Shown here: positions 50,420 through 60,271 of the stretch, in pieces
Layout of the letters: each line of letters opens with the position of its first letter
Numbering within the stretch: position 1 is the stretch's first letter
Assembly: GCA_963745075.1 (NCBI GenBank)
Contig: CAVUWV010000009.1
Span: 224,001 to 288,000, forward strand
Length of the DNA stretch: 64,000 bases
Origin: Candidatus Hydrogenedentota bacterium
GTDB taxonomy: Bacteria > Hydrogenedentota > Hydrogenedentia > Hydrogenedentales > SLHB01
Reading direction: 5' to 3'
Notes under the pieces: generated by a model
What the model was told of the DNA's origin: nothing
Database searches by the model: none
What the model saw: only the letters and a program-made list of their open reading frames with translations
Translations under genes and position numbers: made by a program

Positions 50420-51472
50420 ATGAACGCTACCCTCGCTGACATAGCCGCGCTCGTGGGCGGGACGGTGGTCGGGGACTGGTCGATTCGCATCTCGGGGCTC
50501 AACGGAATCCGCGAAGCCGCCGAAGGCGACCTCACATTCGTCTCCGACAGCAAGTACATTCCCTACCTGGAGACGACGCGGGCCTCTGCCGTCGTGGTGG
50601 ACCGGCAAATGCCCACCGCCAACCGGCCCCTCATCCAGGTGGACGACGTACGCTTGGCGATGCTCGCTATCCTCCAGAATGTCGAATCGGAGCAACAGTG
50701 GCATCCCGAAGGGATTCACCCGTCAGCAGTTATCGCTCCGGACGCGGTTTTGGGCAGGGGCGTTTCCGTCGGACCGCAGGTCGTCGTGGAAAACGGCGCA
50801 AGACTTGACGACGACGTTACCGTCCACGCCGGCTGCTACATCGGTCGCGAAGCCCGAATCGGGCCGGATTCCGTTCTGTATCCAAACGTGACCCTTCGCG
50901 AGCGGGTCCAAATTGGCGCCCGGTGCATCCTTCATTGCGGGTCGGTGGTCGGATCCGACGGCTTCGGCTTCGTTCGTCATGGCGACGCGCAAGTACGAAT
51001 TCCCCAAGTGGGAACGGTTATTCTGGGCGACGACATCGAGTTGGGCACGAATTCCGCCATCGATCGGGCGACGTTCGGCGCTACCATTGTCGGTGACGGT
51101 ACGAAAATTGACAACTTGGTCCAGATCGGACACAATGTACGAATCGGGAAAAATTGCATTGTTTGTGGCAAAGCTGGCATAGCGGGCAGTGCCGTCCTGG
51201 GTGACCACGTTACGGTCGGAGCGGGGGCCGGAATCAACGGCCACATTGAACTTGGTGACGGCGCAACGGTCGCCGCATACAGCGGGGTGACGAAATCGAT
51301 ACCCGAAGGCAGGGTCGTGTTGGGATTTCCTGCGGTCGAGCTTAAGCGCGCCAGGCGCATGCAGGGTGCCCTACGCCACCTTCCCGAGGCACTTCGCCGA
51401 CTCAAGTCACTCGAAGTACACTTCGCGCAATTGGAAGGCCTTTTGAATGGAAAACCAGAAGACGATCGCTAG
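50420..51472 (+). CDS. lpxD: UDP-3-O-acylglucosamine N-acyltransferase
   Basis: Hexapeptide repeats, GSDGFG, IPQVG, TKIDNLVQIGHN. Confidence 0.96.
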   Translation: MNATLADIAALVGGTVVGDWSIRISGLNGIREAAEGDLTFVSDSKYIPYLETTRASAVVVDRQMPTANRPLIQVDDVRLAMLAILQNVESEQQWHPEGIHPSAVIAPDAVLGRGVSVGPQVVVENGARLDDDVTVHAGCYIGREARIGPDSVLYPNVTLRERVQIGARCILHCGSVVGSDGFGFVRHGDAQVRIPQVGTVILGDDIELGTNSAIDRATFGATIVGDGTKIDNLVQIGHNVRIGKNCIVCGKAGIAGSAVLGDHVTVGAGAGINGHIELGDGATVAAYSGVTKSIPEGRVVLGFPAVELKRARRMQGALRHLPEALRRLKSLEVHFAQLEGLLNGKPEDDR

Positions 51473-52793
51473 AGAAGCGTCCTTTTCCGGCATCGGCTTG
51501 CATACCGGCAATCTTACCACGCTTACCTTCAAGCCGGCTCCGCCGAACAGCGGGATCACGTTTCAGCGGATCGACCTCCCCGATAAGCCGTCGATCAAAG
51601 CCGACGTCGACAATGTCGTCGACGTTACCTACGGCACCACCATCGGTATCAACGGGGTCAAAGTCCACACCGTGGAACACGTCTTGGCCGCCATCGCGGG
51701 TCTGGGTGTCGACAATCTCAATATCGAAGTCGACGCCAGCGAAACACCCGTGGGCGACGGCAGCGCCGTGCCGTTTATGAATACCCTGCAAAAGGCCGGC
51801 GTCGTCGAGCAGAAGGCCGAGCGCAAATTCATCCAGATCAAGCAACCCGTCTACTACAAAAACGAGGACGTAACGCTCAGCGTGCTGCCGTCCGACGAGT
51901 TGCGGATCACGATGACAATCGCCTTCGATCACGTCGCCATCGGCACCCAATACGCCTCATTCGTTATCACGCCCGACACCTTCGCAACCGACATCGCACC
52001 CGCGCGTACCTTCGGCTTCCTGCGCGACGCCAAGATGCTTCAGGAGCAAGGCCTGATCAAAGGGGTCAGTCTCGAAAATGCCGTCGCTATCGGCGACGAA
52101 TCCATCCTGAACGAGGACTTGCGCTTCCCCGATGAATTCGTGCGCCACAAGATTCTCGACCTGCTGGGCGATATGTATCTTCTTGGCCGCCCCGTGAAAG
52201 GCCACGTCATCGGCGTAAAGTCCGGGCACGCGTCCCACGTCAAGTTCAGCCAGGAAGTCAAGAAAAGCCTGCTCAACGGCCGGTCCAAACGCGACGATTT
52301 GTCCCCCTTGGCCAAAATGCCGACCGTGCTCGACGTCAACATGATCATGAAGGTGCTCCCGCACCGCTTCCCGTTCCTGCTGGTGGATCGCATTCTCTCG
52401 TTCGTTCCGTTCGAACGAGTGGTCGGCATAAAGAACGTCACCGTCAACGAGCCCTTCTTCCAGGGGCATTGGCCCTCCATGCCCGTGATGCCCGGCGTCC
52501 TCATTATCGAGAGCATGGCCCAGGTCAGCTCCGTCCTCATCTTCCACGACAACGCCCTGCCCAACAAGGTGGCCATCTTCCTCGGCATCGATCGTGCCAA
52601 GTTCCGCCGGACCGTCGTGCCCGGCGACCAGCTCATCCTCGAAGCGGAAATGACCCAGATGCGCCGCAACGCATGCAAAGTCCGCGCCTGCGCCAAGATC
52701 GGCGACGCCGTCGTGGCGGAAGCGGATATGCTGTTTGGCCTCATGGATGCGCCCTTGCTCCGTGGAGACCGCCGCGCCTCCGATCACGAGTAA
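51447..52793 (+). CDS. lpxC/fabZ: Bifunctional LpxC / FabZ fusion
   Basis: GIGLHTG, TVEHVLA, ARTFGF, RHKILD, then LPHRFPFLLVD, FFQGH, PGVLIIESMAQ. Confidence 0.96.
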   Translation: MENQKTIAREASFSGIGLHTGNLTTLTFKPAPPNSGITFQRIDLPDKPSIKADVDNVVDVTYGTTIGINGVKVHTVEHVLAAIAGLGVDNLNIEVDASETPVGDGSAVPFMNTLQKAGVVEQKAERKFIQIKQPVYYKNEDVTLSVLPSDELRITMTIAFDHVAIGTQYASFVITPDTFATDIAPARTFGFLRDAKMLQEQGLIKGVSLENAVAIGDESILNEDLRFPDEFVRHKILDLLGDMYLLGRPVKGHVIGVKSGHASHVKFSQEVKKSLLNGRSKRDDLSPLAKMPTVLDVNMIMKVLPHRFPFLLVDRILSFVPFERVVGIKNVTVNEPFFQGHWPSMPVMPGVLIIESMAQVSSVLIFHDNALPNKVAIFLGIDRAKFRRTVVPGDQLILEAEMTQMRRNACKVRACAKIGDAVVAEADMLFGLMDAPLLRGDRRASDHE

Positions 52794-52919
52794 GCCCGTT
52801 CCCCAGATCGGGCGTTGTTCGTTATCCGCCGCATTCCCTGATTGACGCCCTCACCAGTATCCCGCATACTGATCGCTCAACATGGTTGGAAGGGACAAAC
52901 TACCGAAAGGGATGTGGCC

Positions 52920-53924
52920 ATGCACGACAACGCACATCGCACAACTCGCCGTGAATTCATGCAACAAACGGCCGTAGGGATATCCGCCGCAAGTCTTGTT
53001 CCCTCTGCATGGGCGGCGGCTTCTGAGGGCGACATGCCCACGCGCGACTTCGGAAAGACCGGCGAAAAAGTTTCCATGCTCGGCGTCGGCGGCCACGCCG
53101 TCGGCCAAATCCAGGACGACCAGGAAGCAGTCGACTTCATTCGGGAAGCCATCGACCTCGGTGTGACGTTCCTGGACAACGCCTGGGAGTACCACAACGG
53201 TCGCTCCGAAGAGCTGATGGGCCGCGCCTTGCAGGACGGCTACCGTGACAAAGTCTTCCTCATGACCAAACACCACGGCCGCAATGACAAAGCCATGGCC
53301 ATGCAACATCTCGAGGACAGTCTCAGGCGCCTTCAGACCAACCACCTCGACCTTTGGCAGTTCCACGAGGTCGTATACCCGGACGACCCGGAGATGATCT
53401 TCAGCGAGGGCGGCGCCATCGAAGTCGCGGTCGAAGCCCGGGAACAAGGCAAAGTGCGGTACATCGGATTCACGGGCCACAAAGATCCCGCCATCTTCCT
53501 GGACATGTTGAACCGCGATTTCAAATGGGATGCCGTACAGATGCCCGTGAACGTCATGGATCCTCACTACCGCAGTTTCATCAAGGAAATCCTGCCCATT
53601 CTCAACGAGCGGGGCATCGCGCCCATCGCCATGAAGACCCTCGGCGGCGGGAACATCCTGAAAGCAAACGTAGTCGAACCGGCGGAAGCCCTACGCTTCG
53701 CCTGGAGCCAGCCGATTGCGACCCTCGTCTCCGGCATGAATTCGCGGGAAGTGCTCCACAAGAACGTCGAGACCGCCCGCCAATTCACTCCCATGGCCGA
53801 AGACGAACAAGTCACGTTACTGGCGAAAACGAAACCGCTCGCCCTGGACGGAAAATTCGAACCCTTCAAATCGTCCAACGCGTACGACGGCCCCGTCGGG
53901 CGAAAGATCCACGGGATCGCCTGA
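52920..53924 (+). CDS. Aldo/keto reductase with Tat signal
   Basis: TRREFMQ; RDFGKTG, FLDNAWEY, SLRRLQTNHLDLWQFH, GFTGH. Confidence 0.92.
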   Translation: MHDNAHRTTRREFMQQTAVGISAASLVPSAWAAASEGDMPTRDFGKTGEKVSMLGVGGHAVGQIQDDQEAVDFIREAIDLGVTFLDNAWEYHNGRSEELMGRALQDGYRDKVFLMTKHHGRNDKAMAMQHLEDSLRRLQTNHLDLWQFHEVVYPDDPEMIFSEGGAIEVAVEAREQGKVRYIGFTGHKDPAIFLDMLNRDFKWDAVQMPVNVMDPHYRSFIKEILPILNERGIAPIAMKTLGGGNILKANVVEPAEALRFAWSQPIATLVSGMNSREVLHKNVETARQFTPMAEDEQVTLLAKTKPLALDGKFEPFKSSNAYDGPVGRKIHGIA

Positions 53925-53940
53925 GCTTGCGGTAGGAGAT

Positions 53941-55047
53941 TTAGCGGCGCCGGAATCGGAAGGGACGCCGCCGCCGCTCGCCCGAAAACCGGGCAACCGG
54001 CACGGAAGGTTCTTCACTGCGGGTAGTAGAGGGCAGGAAGTTGTTTTCACCGGTCCCCGTAGACCGGTCTGCGCTTTCCAGATAAGCGGATTCCGTCGAA
54101 TCCCGGATGATCTCCGGGCCCTGCGAAAGATGCTCGGGTGACGTCGCCCACGCCGGACGGAGCACCGCCTTGGGCGCCTTGTTGGGGATCAGGCTGTAAC
54201 CGATGATGTCGCCCAGGTCCAACAGGAAGGCCAGAAACAGAATCAGGATCTCCATCGGGCCGACATGGCGGAAGTCGAACAGCTTCTCGAAGACCAGCAT
54301 GAAGGGCATTTCCTGCTTGACCACGTCCGGAAGTGGAACGCCGGCCTCCGCGCCGACATCCTTCACCGTCACCCGTAATTTCTCCTGCAACTGATGGATG
54401 TCATCCAATGACGTTATCTGCGTGGTGGCAAGCAAGGTGTCCGCTTCGTTCTTCTTGGCCAAGGCTTCATTGATCGCATCAAGTTCGACTTGTGCTTGCT
54501 TCGACAGCAGCGTCAGTTCGTAATCTTCCTTGCGGGCTTCGGACCCGTACCCGGCCGGTCGTTGCCGCAGGCCGCGTATCTCGGACTCCAATTCGCCTTC
54601 CTGTTTCGCGACGGTCTTCAATAGCGCTTCTTTGCGGCTGCCCAGCACCCCCTGCACCTCGCTCAGGTAATTCTCGTACGCGCTCCGCATATGCTGGTCG
54701 GACTGGCGCAGGAAAAATTCCTTGTCTGCCGTGCGGTACAGCACATCCATATTGAAACAAATGGAAATAAAGGCGATGACGGTAAGCCCGATCAGGCCCA
54801 GGGCGTTGAGGCGCTTTTGTCCGTCCACAATGGCGAGTTTCAACGCGAAAAGCATCAGCCCGATCGCCACCGACAGCAAGAGGGCCATCGTGGCGCAGTC
54901 CTTCCAAACGACCCCATTCCCCAGGGGAATATTGATCGCGGGACCCGGGAGTATGGAATCGCTCAAGCTCTTGTACGTCGTCCACATGGACACAATCGTG
55001 AACAGGACCATCGCGCAATACAGCGCCACTCGCGTCGAACCCTTCAT
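53941..55047 (-). CDS. Hypothetical membrane protein with coiled coil (DUF4407-like)
   Basis: GGAGG RBS; three N-terminal TMs, coiled coil with GYG, fourth TM, Arg-rich tail. Confidence 0.7.
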   Translation of the reverse strand: MKGSTRVALYCAMVLFTIVSMWTTYKSLSDSILPGPAINIPLGNGVVWKDCATMALLLSVAIGLMLFALKLAIVDGQKRLNALGLIGLTVIAFISICFNMDVLYRTADKEFFLRQSDQHMRSAYENYLSEVQGVLGSRKEALLKTVAKQEGELESEIRGLRQRPAGYGSEARKEDYELTLLSKQAQVELDAINEALAKKNEADTLLATTQITSLDDIHQLQEKLRVTVKDVGAEAGVPLPDVVKQEMPFMLVFEKLFDFRHVGPMEILILFLAFLLDLGDIIGYSLIPNKAPKAVLRPAWATSPEHLSQGPEIIRDSTESAYLESADRSTGTGENNFLPSTTRSEEPSVPVARFSGERRRRPFRFRRR

Positions 55048-55261
55048 GTATGCCTCCCAACCCGTGCCCCGGGCGATTCGGGCAGTAAAAACGGTAGATC
55101 CCGCCTGCTGGACCTCTTGTGTAACGACACCCACACCGATATAGACGACCCGCCAGCAACCGACCGCAACACGTTCACCAACGGTTTATATGTTATACAC
55201 CCAATCGCGCGAGAGTTCCAAGGCGGGAAGGCGCTTGATCGCCCGAAGTGCGAAAACGATG

Positions 55262-55370
55262 GCGACACCCGGGACATCAGGGACTTCAGGTACCACGTTG
55301 AGCGCAGAAACTCATATCTTCGCTGCTCCTCTCATCCCTGCTGTCGCTGATGTCTCTGCCGTCCCTGAGA
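55262..55370. repeat. Inverted arrays of degenerate 9-mers
   Basis: GCGACACCC GGGACATCA GGGACTTCA ... TCCCTGCTG TCGCTGATG TCTCTGCCG TCCCTGAGA. Confidence 0.6.
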
Positions 55371-55387
55371 TCCGAGCCGTCCGGAAG

Positions 55388-55416
55388 TTGACAATTCCCC
55401 CAGAAATCCGCAGAAT
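55388..55416 (+). promoter_or_regulatory. sigma70 promoter of rpmG
   Basis: TTGACA-17 bp-CAGAAT. Confidence 0.7.
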
Positions 55417-55527
55417 ATGTCCTTCTTGCACCCAGGATCCGTCTATCCGGCGGATCTCCGGGCGCAGCCGCAATACGATTGCTGGTGAAACGAACTCTAT
55501 CCGGCGTGCCGGGTGAGGAGAGGTAGC

Positions 55528-55698
55528 ATGGCCAAGGCAAAAGGTAACGTTGTACAGGTGATTCTGGAGTGCACGGAAGCCCCCGGCACGTCCCGGTACC
55601 ACACAAAAAAGAATGTGCGGACCTCGACGGGCCGGATGGAGCGCAAGAAGTACAACGCGAAGCTCCGTAAAGTCACCCTGCACCGCGAAAAGAAATAG
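55528..55698 (+). CDS. rpmG: 50S ribosomal protein L33 (zinc-free type)
   Basis: [38 protein letters not shown]; only one Cys. Confidence 0.95.
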   Translation: MAKAKGNVVQVILECTEAPGTSRYHTKKNVRTSTGRMERKKYNAKLRKVTLHREKK

Positions 55699-55950
55699 CA
55701 CCCGTCTTTCATCCCCGTGCGACCTGCGCCGATCCGGCGTATCGTGCGGGGTTTGTATGTCCACCGAAGGCGCCCGCACGCAAGGCATACCGATGGGAGC
55801 GCCATTCCACTGCGCGCTCGTGACGCTGCGATTCGGCTACAGGTTTCGCTATACTACCCGCGATGGTTACGCGAACAGGCTACGGACCGAGGATTTCATG
55901 TGCGATGAGTGAACGTGAACGGCGGGCCGGCTCCGAATGCACGTGACGCC

Positions 55951-56880
55951 ATGAACGTCGATATCGTCGTCGTCAGTTACAATACGCGGGACATCCTCGC
56001 CTCGTGTTTGCGCTCCATCGCCGCCACCTGCCGTACCGACCGGCACGTCAACACCATCGTCGTGGACAACGCCAGCACCGACGGTTCCGCGGATATGGTT
56101 CGCCGCGTCGCCCCCCGCACCCAGCTCATTGAATTGGACCAGAACATCGGGTTTGGTCCCGCAAACAATCGCGGTATGGCGGCTGGGACCGCGCCCTATA
56201 TCCTTTTCCTTAATTCAGATGCAGAGCTTACCCCGGGGGCCGTCCAAACGCTGAGAAGATTCCTCGACGACCATCCCGACTGTGCTGCCGTGGGCCCGCG
56301 ACTGGTGCACCCCGACGGTTCCTTCCATGCATCCTGCCGCCGGTTTCGCACGGTCCCTCGAAACTTCTGGAATACGGCGGGCCTTCACGTGCGGTTCCCG
56401 AAACTCTTTCCTTTCCTCCACGATTGGCTGCGCGAAGACGAGCACCGTACCGGCCGGCGCGTACCGATGATTTCCGGCGCGTCCATGATGATCCGGCGCG
56501 ACTACCTCGAAAGCATCGGCGGGTTCGACGACAGCGTGTTTCTCTACGAAGAGGAGATGGACATCTTCCTGCCCGCGAAACGCCACCGCAAGAAGGTCTG
56601 CTTTTGCGGCGAGGCGACCGTTATCCACCACCATGGCGCCAGTTCCGGCGAGACCAAACAGCTCAGCGATACGGTCCTGCTGCACGCGTACCGCAGCAAA
56701 TACTACGTGTACCGAAAACATCGCGGGCGTATTCGCGCGCGGATGCTGTACTGGTCGGATCGAATCCCGTACGGGTTGTCGGCTATCCTGAACCGGCTCC
56801 GCAAACGGCAGACCCCGTCCGCGCGGCATTACGCGTTCTGCCGATGGGGGTTTATCGAATCCTTCAACGGGCTGGAGTGA
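55951..56880 (+). CDS. Family 2 glycosyltransferase
   Basis: IVVVSYN, VVDNASTDGS, NIGFGPANN, FLNSD, GGFDD..FLYEEEMD. Confidence 0.92.
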   Translation: MNVDIVVVSYNTRDILASCLRSIAATCRTDRHVNTIVVDNASTDGSADMVRRVAPRTQLIELDQNIGFGPANNRGMAAGTAPYILFLNSDAELTPGAVQTLRRFLDDHPDCAAVGPRLVHPDGSFHASCRRFRTVPRNFWNTAGLHVRFPKLFPFLHDWLREDEHRTGRRVPMISGASMMIRRDYLESIGGFDDSVFLYEEEMDIFLPAKRHRKKVCFCGEATVIHHHGASSGETKQLSDTVLLHAYRSKYYVYRKHRGRIRARMLYWSDRIPYGLSAILNRLRKRQTPSARHYAFCRWGFIESFNGLE

Positions 56881-56905
56881 TTGTTGGGGGGCACGGACGT
56901 TCCTG

Positions 56906-59782
56906 CTATTCGCCCGTCCCGGCGCCCAATGGAATATTCAATACCGGCGATTCATTACCGATGGTGACGTTTTGCCGGTACACCGGCGTGCGCGGCATGT
57001 TCATCAGCGCATTCAGGTCCGGACCGTTCTGATTCATGTCCAGCGTGTACACCTCGAGGATGTAGTCGCCCGGTTCCACGCCGTCGATAGAAAAGGATCC
57101 GTCGGGGCCGACCGTCGACTGTCCCGCAAGATACCGCATCGAATCGAACAGGTCGCCCAGATTGGTCAGATCGAGATTCTCCAGTGACGGACCGCCCGGT
57201 CGCCGCAGCGCCACGACCGTTACGCCGTCGCCAGCGCCTGATACAACCCCGGCCACGGGAACGCCAGCCCCCCCGCCGAGGTCTACGTCCGTTACCTGGC
57301 CGTCCACGATGTCCACCACCTCCGGCTTGAATTGAATTTCCTGGTCATCCGTCGCAATCTGCGCGGGGTTGAAGCCGGCAATCATGTAGGACCCCGAAGG
57401 TAGGCCGGTCACATCGAACAGGCCCTGACTGTCTGTCTGAACCATTTGGAATCCCGACGAACCCACGACCATGATCGTCGCGTTTTTCTGCGGCTTGCCA
57501 TTAACGGTGTAACGGCCCTTGGCCTTGCCGCCTTTGCCCATGACGACGCGATACCCCGTCACGTCGCGACCGCGAGAGACCTGCACATCCGGCACGATGG
57601 CTTTCGCGTAGTCGCTGTGCGACGCCACCAGCTTGTAAGTCCCCGCTGGGATATTTCGAATGATGAACGCGCCGATTTCGTCCGAGGTGGTTGATCCGGC
57701 CGAACTCTGCATCGCCGCAGGCAGGAATTGCGACACCATGTCGGTGGTAGGATTCTCGCCGGTCGGAACCAGTTGGACATACGCTCCCCGGACCAATTCG
57801 CCGTTGCTGCCAACGACCGTTCCGCTGAACGTGACCCCGGGATCGAGCACCAGGCGCAGGTTCGTCACCTTCTGTCCGGGCGCAACGGTTAGCCCATCCG
57901 ACTCCGCCGTGCCTTCCGCAGCCGTTTTGGCTGCGACCGTATAGTTCCCCGGCGCCACCTTCGGAAACTCGAACCGGCCGTAGGCATCGGTAGTCTTGCC
58001 GCCGGAGTCCTGCCGGAAAAGCCCGCGCATGATCGTCGCGATATTGGGTTCCGGGGCGTTCTCTTGCAGATCCTTCAATTCAACGGTCGCACCCGGTACC
58101 GGTTCGCCGGTCGCGGCGACCACGACTCCGCCGATAACCGCCGGCGCTTGCAGTCGAATGGTAATGTCGGATCCCACCGTTATCGCGGGTTGCTTCGCCA
58201 TGCCTACCGTGTCGTCGACGGCGATGTCATACGCGACGCCGCGCAGCTTGGTCAACTCGAACCGGCCGTCCTCGTCCGTAGATGCGCCGGCGGTTTCGCG
58301 AGGATTGTCCACCCGTTTCGCATCCACCCGCACGTTGGCTGCCGGCGTTCCGGTGGGGGAGAGGACAACGCCCGCAATCGTCCCGGCGCCTTCCTTCGCA
58401 TCGGGCTCGGGTTGAACGACGATTTCGAGACCCGTGACATCGTTCGTCCCGTCCACGTCGACCGGCACGGTATTCGAAGTTTGCCCAAAACCGCGGGCGC
58501 CCGGCTCGCGCTCTTGCCGAAGGACGTACGACCCCGCGCTGACGTGGTCGATCCGAAACGTGCCATCCGGTTCCGTCGCGGCCACACCGGGCCCGGAGAA
58601 CGCTTGCCAATCTTCACTGGATGATGGAAAGAGCAGGAGCCGGATTGCCGGCGCAGGCGTGCTGTCTGGAAACCGGGCCGTCCCCGACACCGTACTCCCC
58701 GGGGCGACGACCAGATCGACGTGGGCCTTGGGCGAGGTCTTGGTAAGGGAGAACGGCTCGCTCCGCGCTGCGGCATAGTCGTCCGCACGCACCACCGCGC
58801 GAATTTCCGTGTCGTAGTCCACCCCCAGCAGCGTGAACGTCCCATCCGCTTCCGTATGGCCACGTATCGGCTCCAAAACATTCGGGTCCAGCGTGTCCAT
58901 CCCGCGGAACGCGGCGCTCAGCATCTGCGTCGGCATGAGTATCACCTGCACGTCTTCAACCGGCCCGCCCGTGCCGTCCCGTACCGTCCCCGTGACGGTC
59001 CCGCCACGCTCCAATGCAAAGTTCACGCCACCGTAGTCCGTCGCTTCGGCGACATCCAGGGACACCGTGCTTTCTGGCTTGAACAAGTACGCCGTGTCGC
59101 GCACGTCCACCGTCACGCGGTAAGACCCCGGTGGAATGCCTTCGACCGTGTACATCCCCGCATCGTTCGTCGTGGCGGACTGGGCTTCGACGGAATCGCG
59201 GTTTCGTCGGCGCATCAGATTGAACACCGTTTCCTGCGCACCGACGATTCGCACCGCAACGCCCTCGACGCCTTCACCGGTATCAACGTCCGTCACCGTT
59301 CCCGCGACGCTGCTGCCCGGACGCAATTGAAAATCGAGCCGCACGGTATCGCCGGCATTCCCCGCGTAGCTCAGAACGGACGGTGTGTAGCCGTCCGCGC
59401 TGCACCGCACAGTACCGTCTGCCGAAGGCGGCGCTTCCAGGATGAACGCGCCGTTCTGGTCGGTCGAAGTATCCACACGGTCTTCACCAGCCCGCGCCAG
59501 GACAAACGCGTCGTGGATCGGCGCATTGGTCTCCGCGTCGATAACGGTCCCCAGGATTCGAACCACTTCAGCAGGTTCATCGGGCGATTCGGACTCGACC
59601 CGTGAAGACGGCTCCTCAGCAGCGGAAGGCGGCGCTTCGTGCGCAACAGTCGTTGTTTCCGGTTGGAGCGATGGCGGCGTCTCCAGCACGTCCGGGCGTG
59701 TAGGCTGGTACACCACCAGCAGAATGATCGCTACGGCGCACGCCGCCAGAATGAGCCCGATGAGAATCTTGATGCTACGCAT
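56906..59782 (-). CDS. Membrane-anchored carboxypeptidase-regulatory-like repeat protein
   Basis: N-terminal TM; about 8 repeats of G.V....G.PV.GA.V...TD..G.F....PG.Y. Confidence 0.85.
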   Translation of the reverse strand: MRSIKILIGLILAACAVAIILLVVYQPTRPDVLETPPSLQPETTTVAHEAPPSAAEEPSSRVESESPDEPAEVVRILGTVIDAETNAPIHDAFVLARAGEDRVDTSTDQNGAFILEAPPSADGTVRCSADGYTPSVLSYAGNAGDTVRLDFQLRPGSSVAGTVTDVDTGEGVEGVAVRIVGAQETVFNLMRRRNRDSVEAQSATTNDAGMYTVEGIPPGSYRVTVDVRDTAYLFKPESTVSLDVAEATDYGGVNFALERGGTVTGTVRDGTGGPVEDVQVILMPTQMLSAAFRGMDTLDPNVLEPIRGHTEADGTFTLLGVDYDTEIRAVVRADDYAAARSEPFSLTKTSPKAHVDLVVAPGSTVSGTARFPDSTPAPAIRLLLFPSSSEDWQAFSGPGVAATEPDGTFRIDHVSAGSYVLRQEREPGARGFGQTSNTVPVDVDGTNDVTGLEIVVQPEPDAKEGAGTIAGVVLSPTGTPAANVRVDAKRVDNPRETAGASTDEDGRFELTKLRGVAYDIAVDDTVGMAKQPAITVGSDITIRLQAPAVIGGVVVAATGEPVPGATVELKDLQENAPEPNIATIMRGLFRQDSGGKTTDAYGRFEFPKVAPGNYTVAAKTAAEGTAESDGLTVAPGQKVTNLRLVLDPGVTFSGTVVGSNGELVRGAYVQLVPTGENPTTDMVSQFLPAAMQSSAGSTTSDEIGAFIIRNIPAGTYKLVASHSDYAKAIVPDVQVSRGRDVTGYRVVMGKGGKAKGRYTVNGKPQKNATIMVVGSSGFQMVQTDSQGLFDVTGLPSGSYMIAGFNPAQIATDDQEIQFKPEVVDIVDGQVTDVDLGGGAGVPVAGVVSGAGDGVTVVALRRPGGPSLENLDLTNLGDLFDSMRYLAGQSTVGPDGSFSIDGVEPGDYILEVYTLDMNQNGPDLNALMNMPRTPVYRQNVTIGNESPVLNIPLGAGTGE

Positions 59783-59888
59783 TGCGGCAACCAATGGAGT
59801 TGAAGGTCAATCTACGACAAGTGTCTCGCCAGTTAGACCCCGGATACGGGCGAGTTGTTTCCACGCACCGTTTGCGTTCATTTCTTGG

Positions 59889-59918
59889 ATCTGTGAAAAT
59901 CGGTGTAATCTGTGGACA
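59889..59918. repeat. Single arm of the 842-1109 repeat family
   Basis: Reverse complement TGTCCACAGATTACACCGATTTTCACAGAT versus TGTCCACCGATTGCACAGATTCTCACCGAT at 841. Confidence 0.75.
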
Positions 59919-59962
59919 GATAGTTCTTTCGCGTTGCCACCGCGGCGGCGAGAACGCTTTCG

Positions 59963-60271
59963 TCAGAACAACAACTCGTCCTCGCCTTCCTCCGAGTCGT
60001 TTGAATTCTTCCTGGTCTTCTTCTTGGAGGACGCGTCCTCGTCTTCCGCATCATCACCAAATGGCTGCGCTTCCAGCTCGCCATCCGCGTTCTTCGTGAG
60101 GATTTCGATCTTCTTTTCCGCTTCCGACAACGCCTTCTCGCACCGCTTGGCCAGTTTGATCCCTTCCTCGAACCGTTTCATGGCGTCGTCCAGCGACAAC
60201 TCGCCCTCTTCCAGGGCCGTCACGATCTCCTCGAGTTTTTCCAAATCCTTCTCAAACTTGGGTTCAGCCAT
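59963..60271 (-). CDS. xseB: Exodeoxyribonuclease VII small subunit
   Basis: FEKDLEKLEEIV..LEEGELSLDD..FEEG..L..C...L..AE. Confidence 0.95.
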   Translation of the reverse strand: MAEPKFEKDLEKLEEIVTALEEGELSLDDAMKRFEEGIKLAKRCEKALSEAEKKIEILTKNADGELEAQPFGDDAEDEDASSKKKTRKNSNDSEEGEDELLF

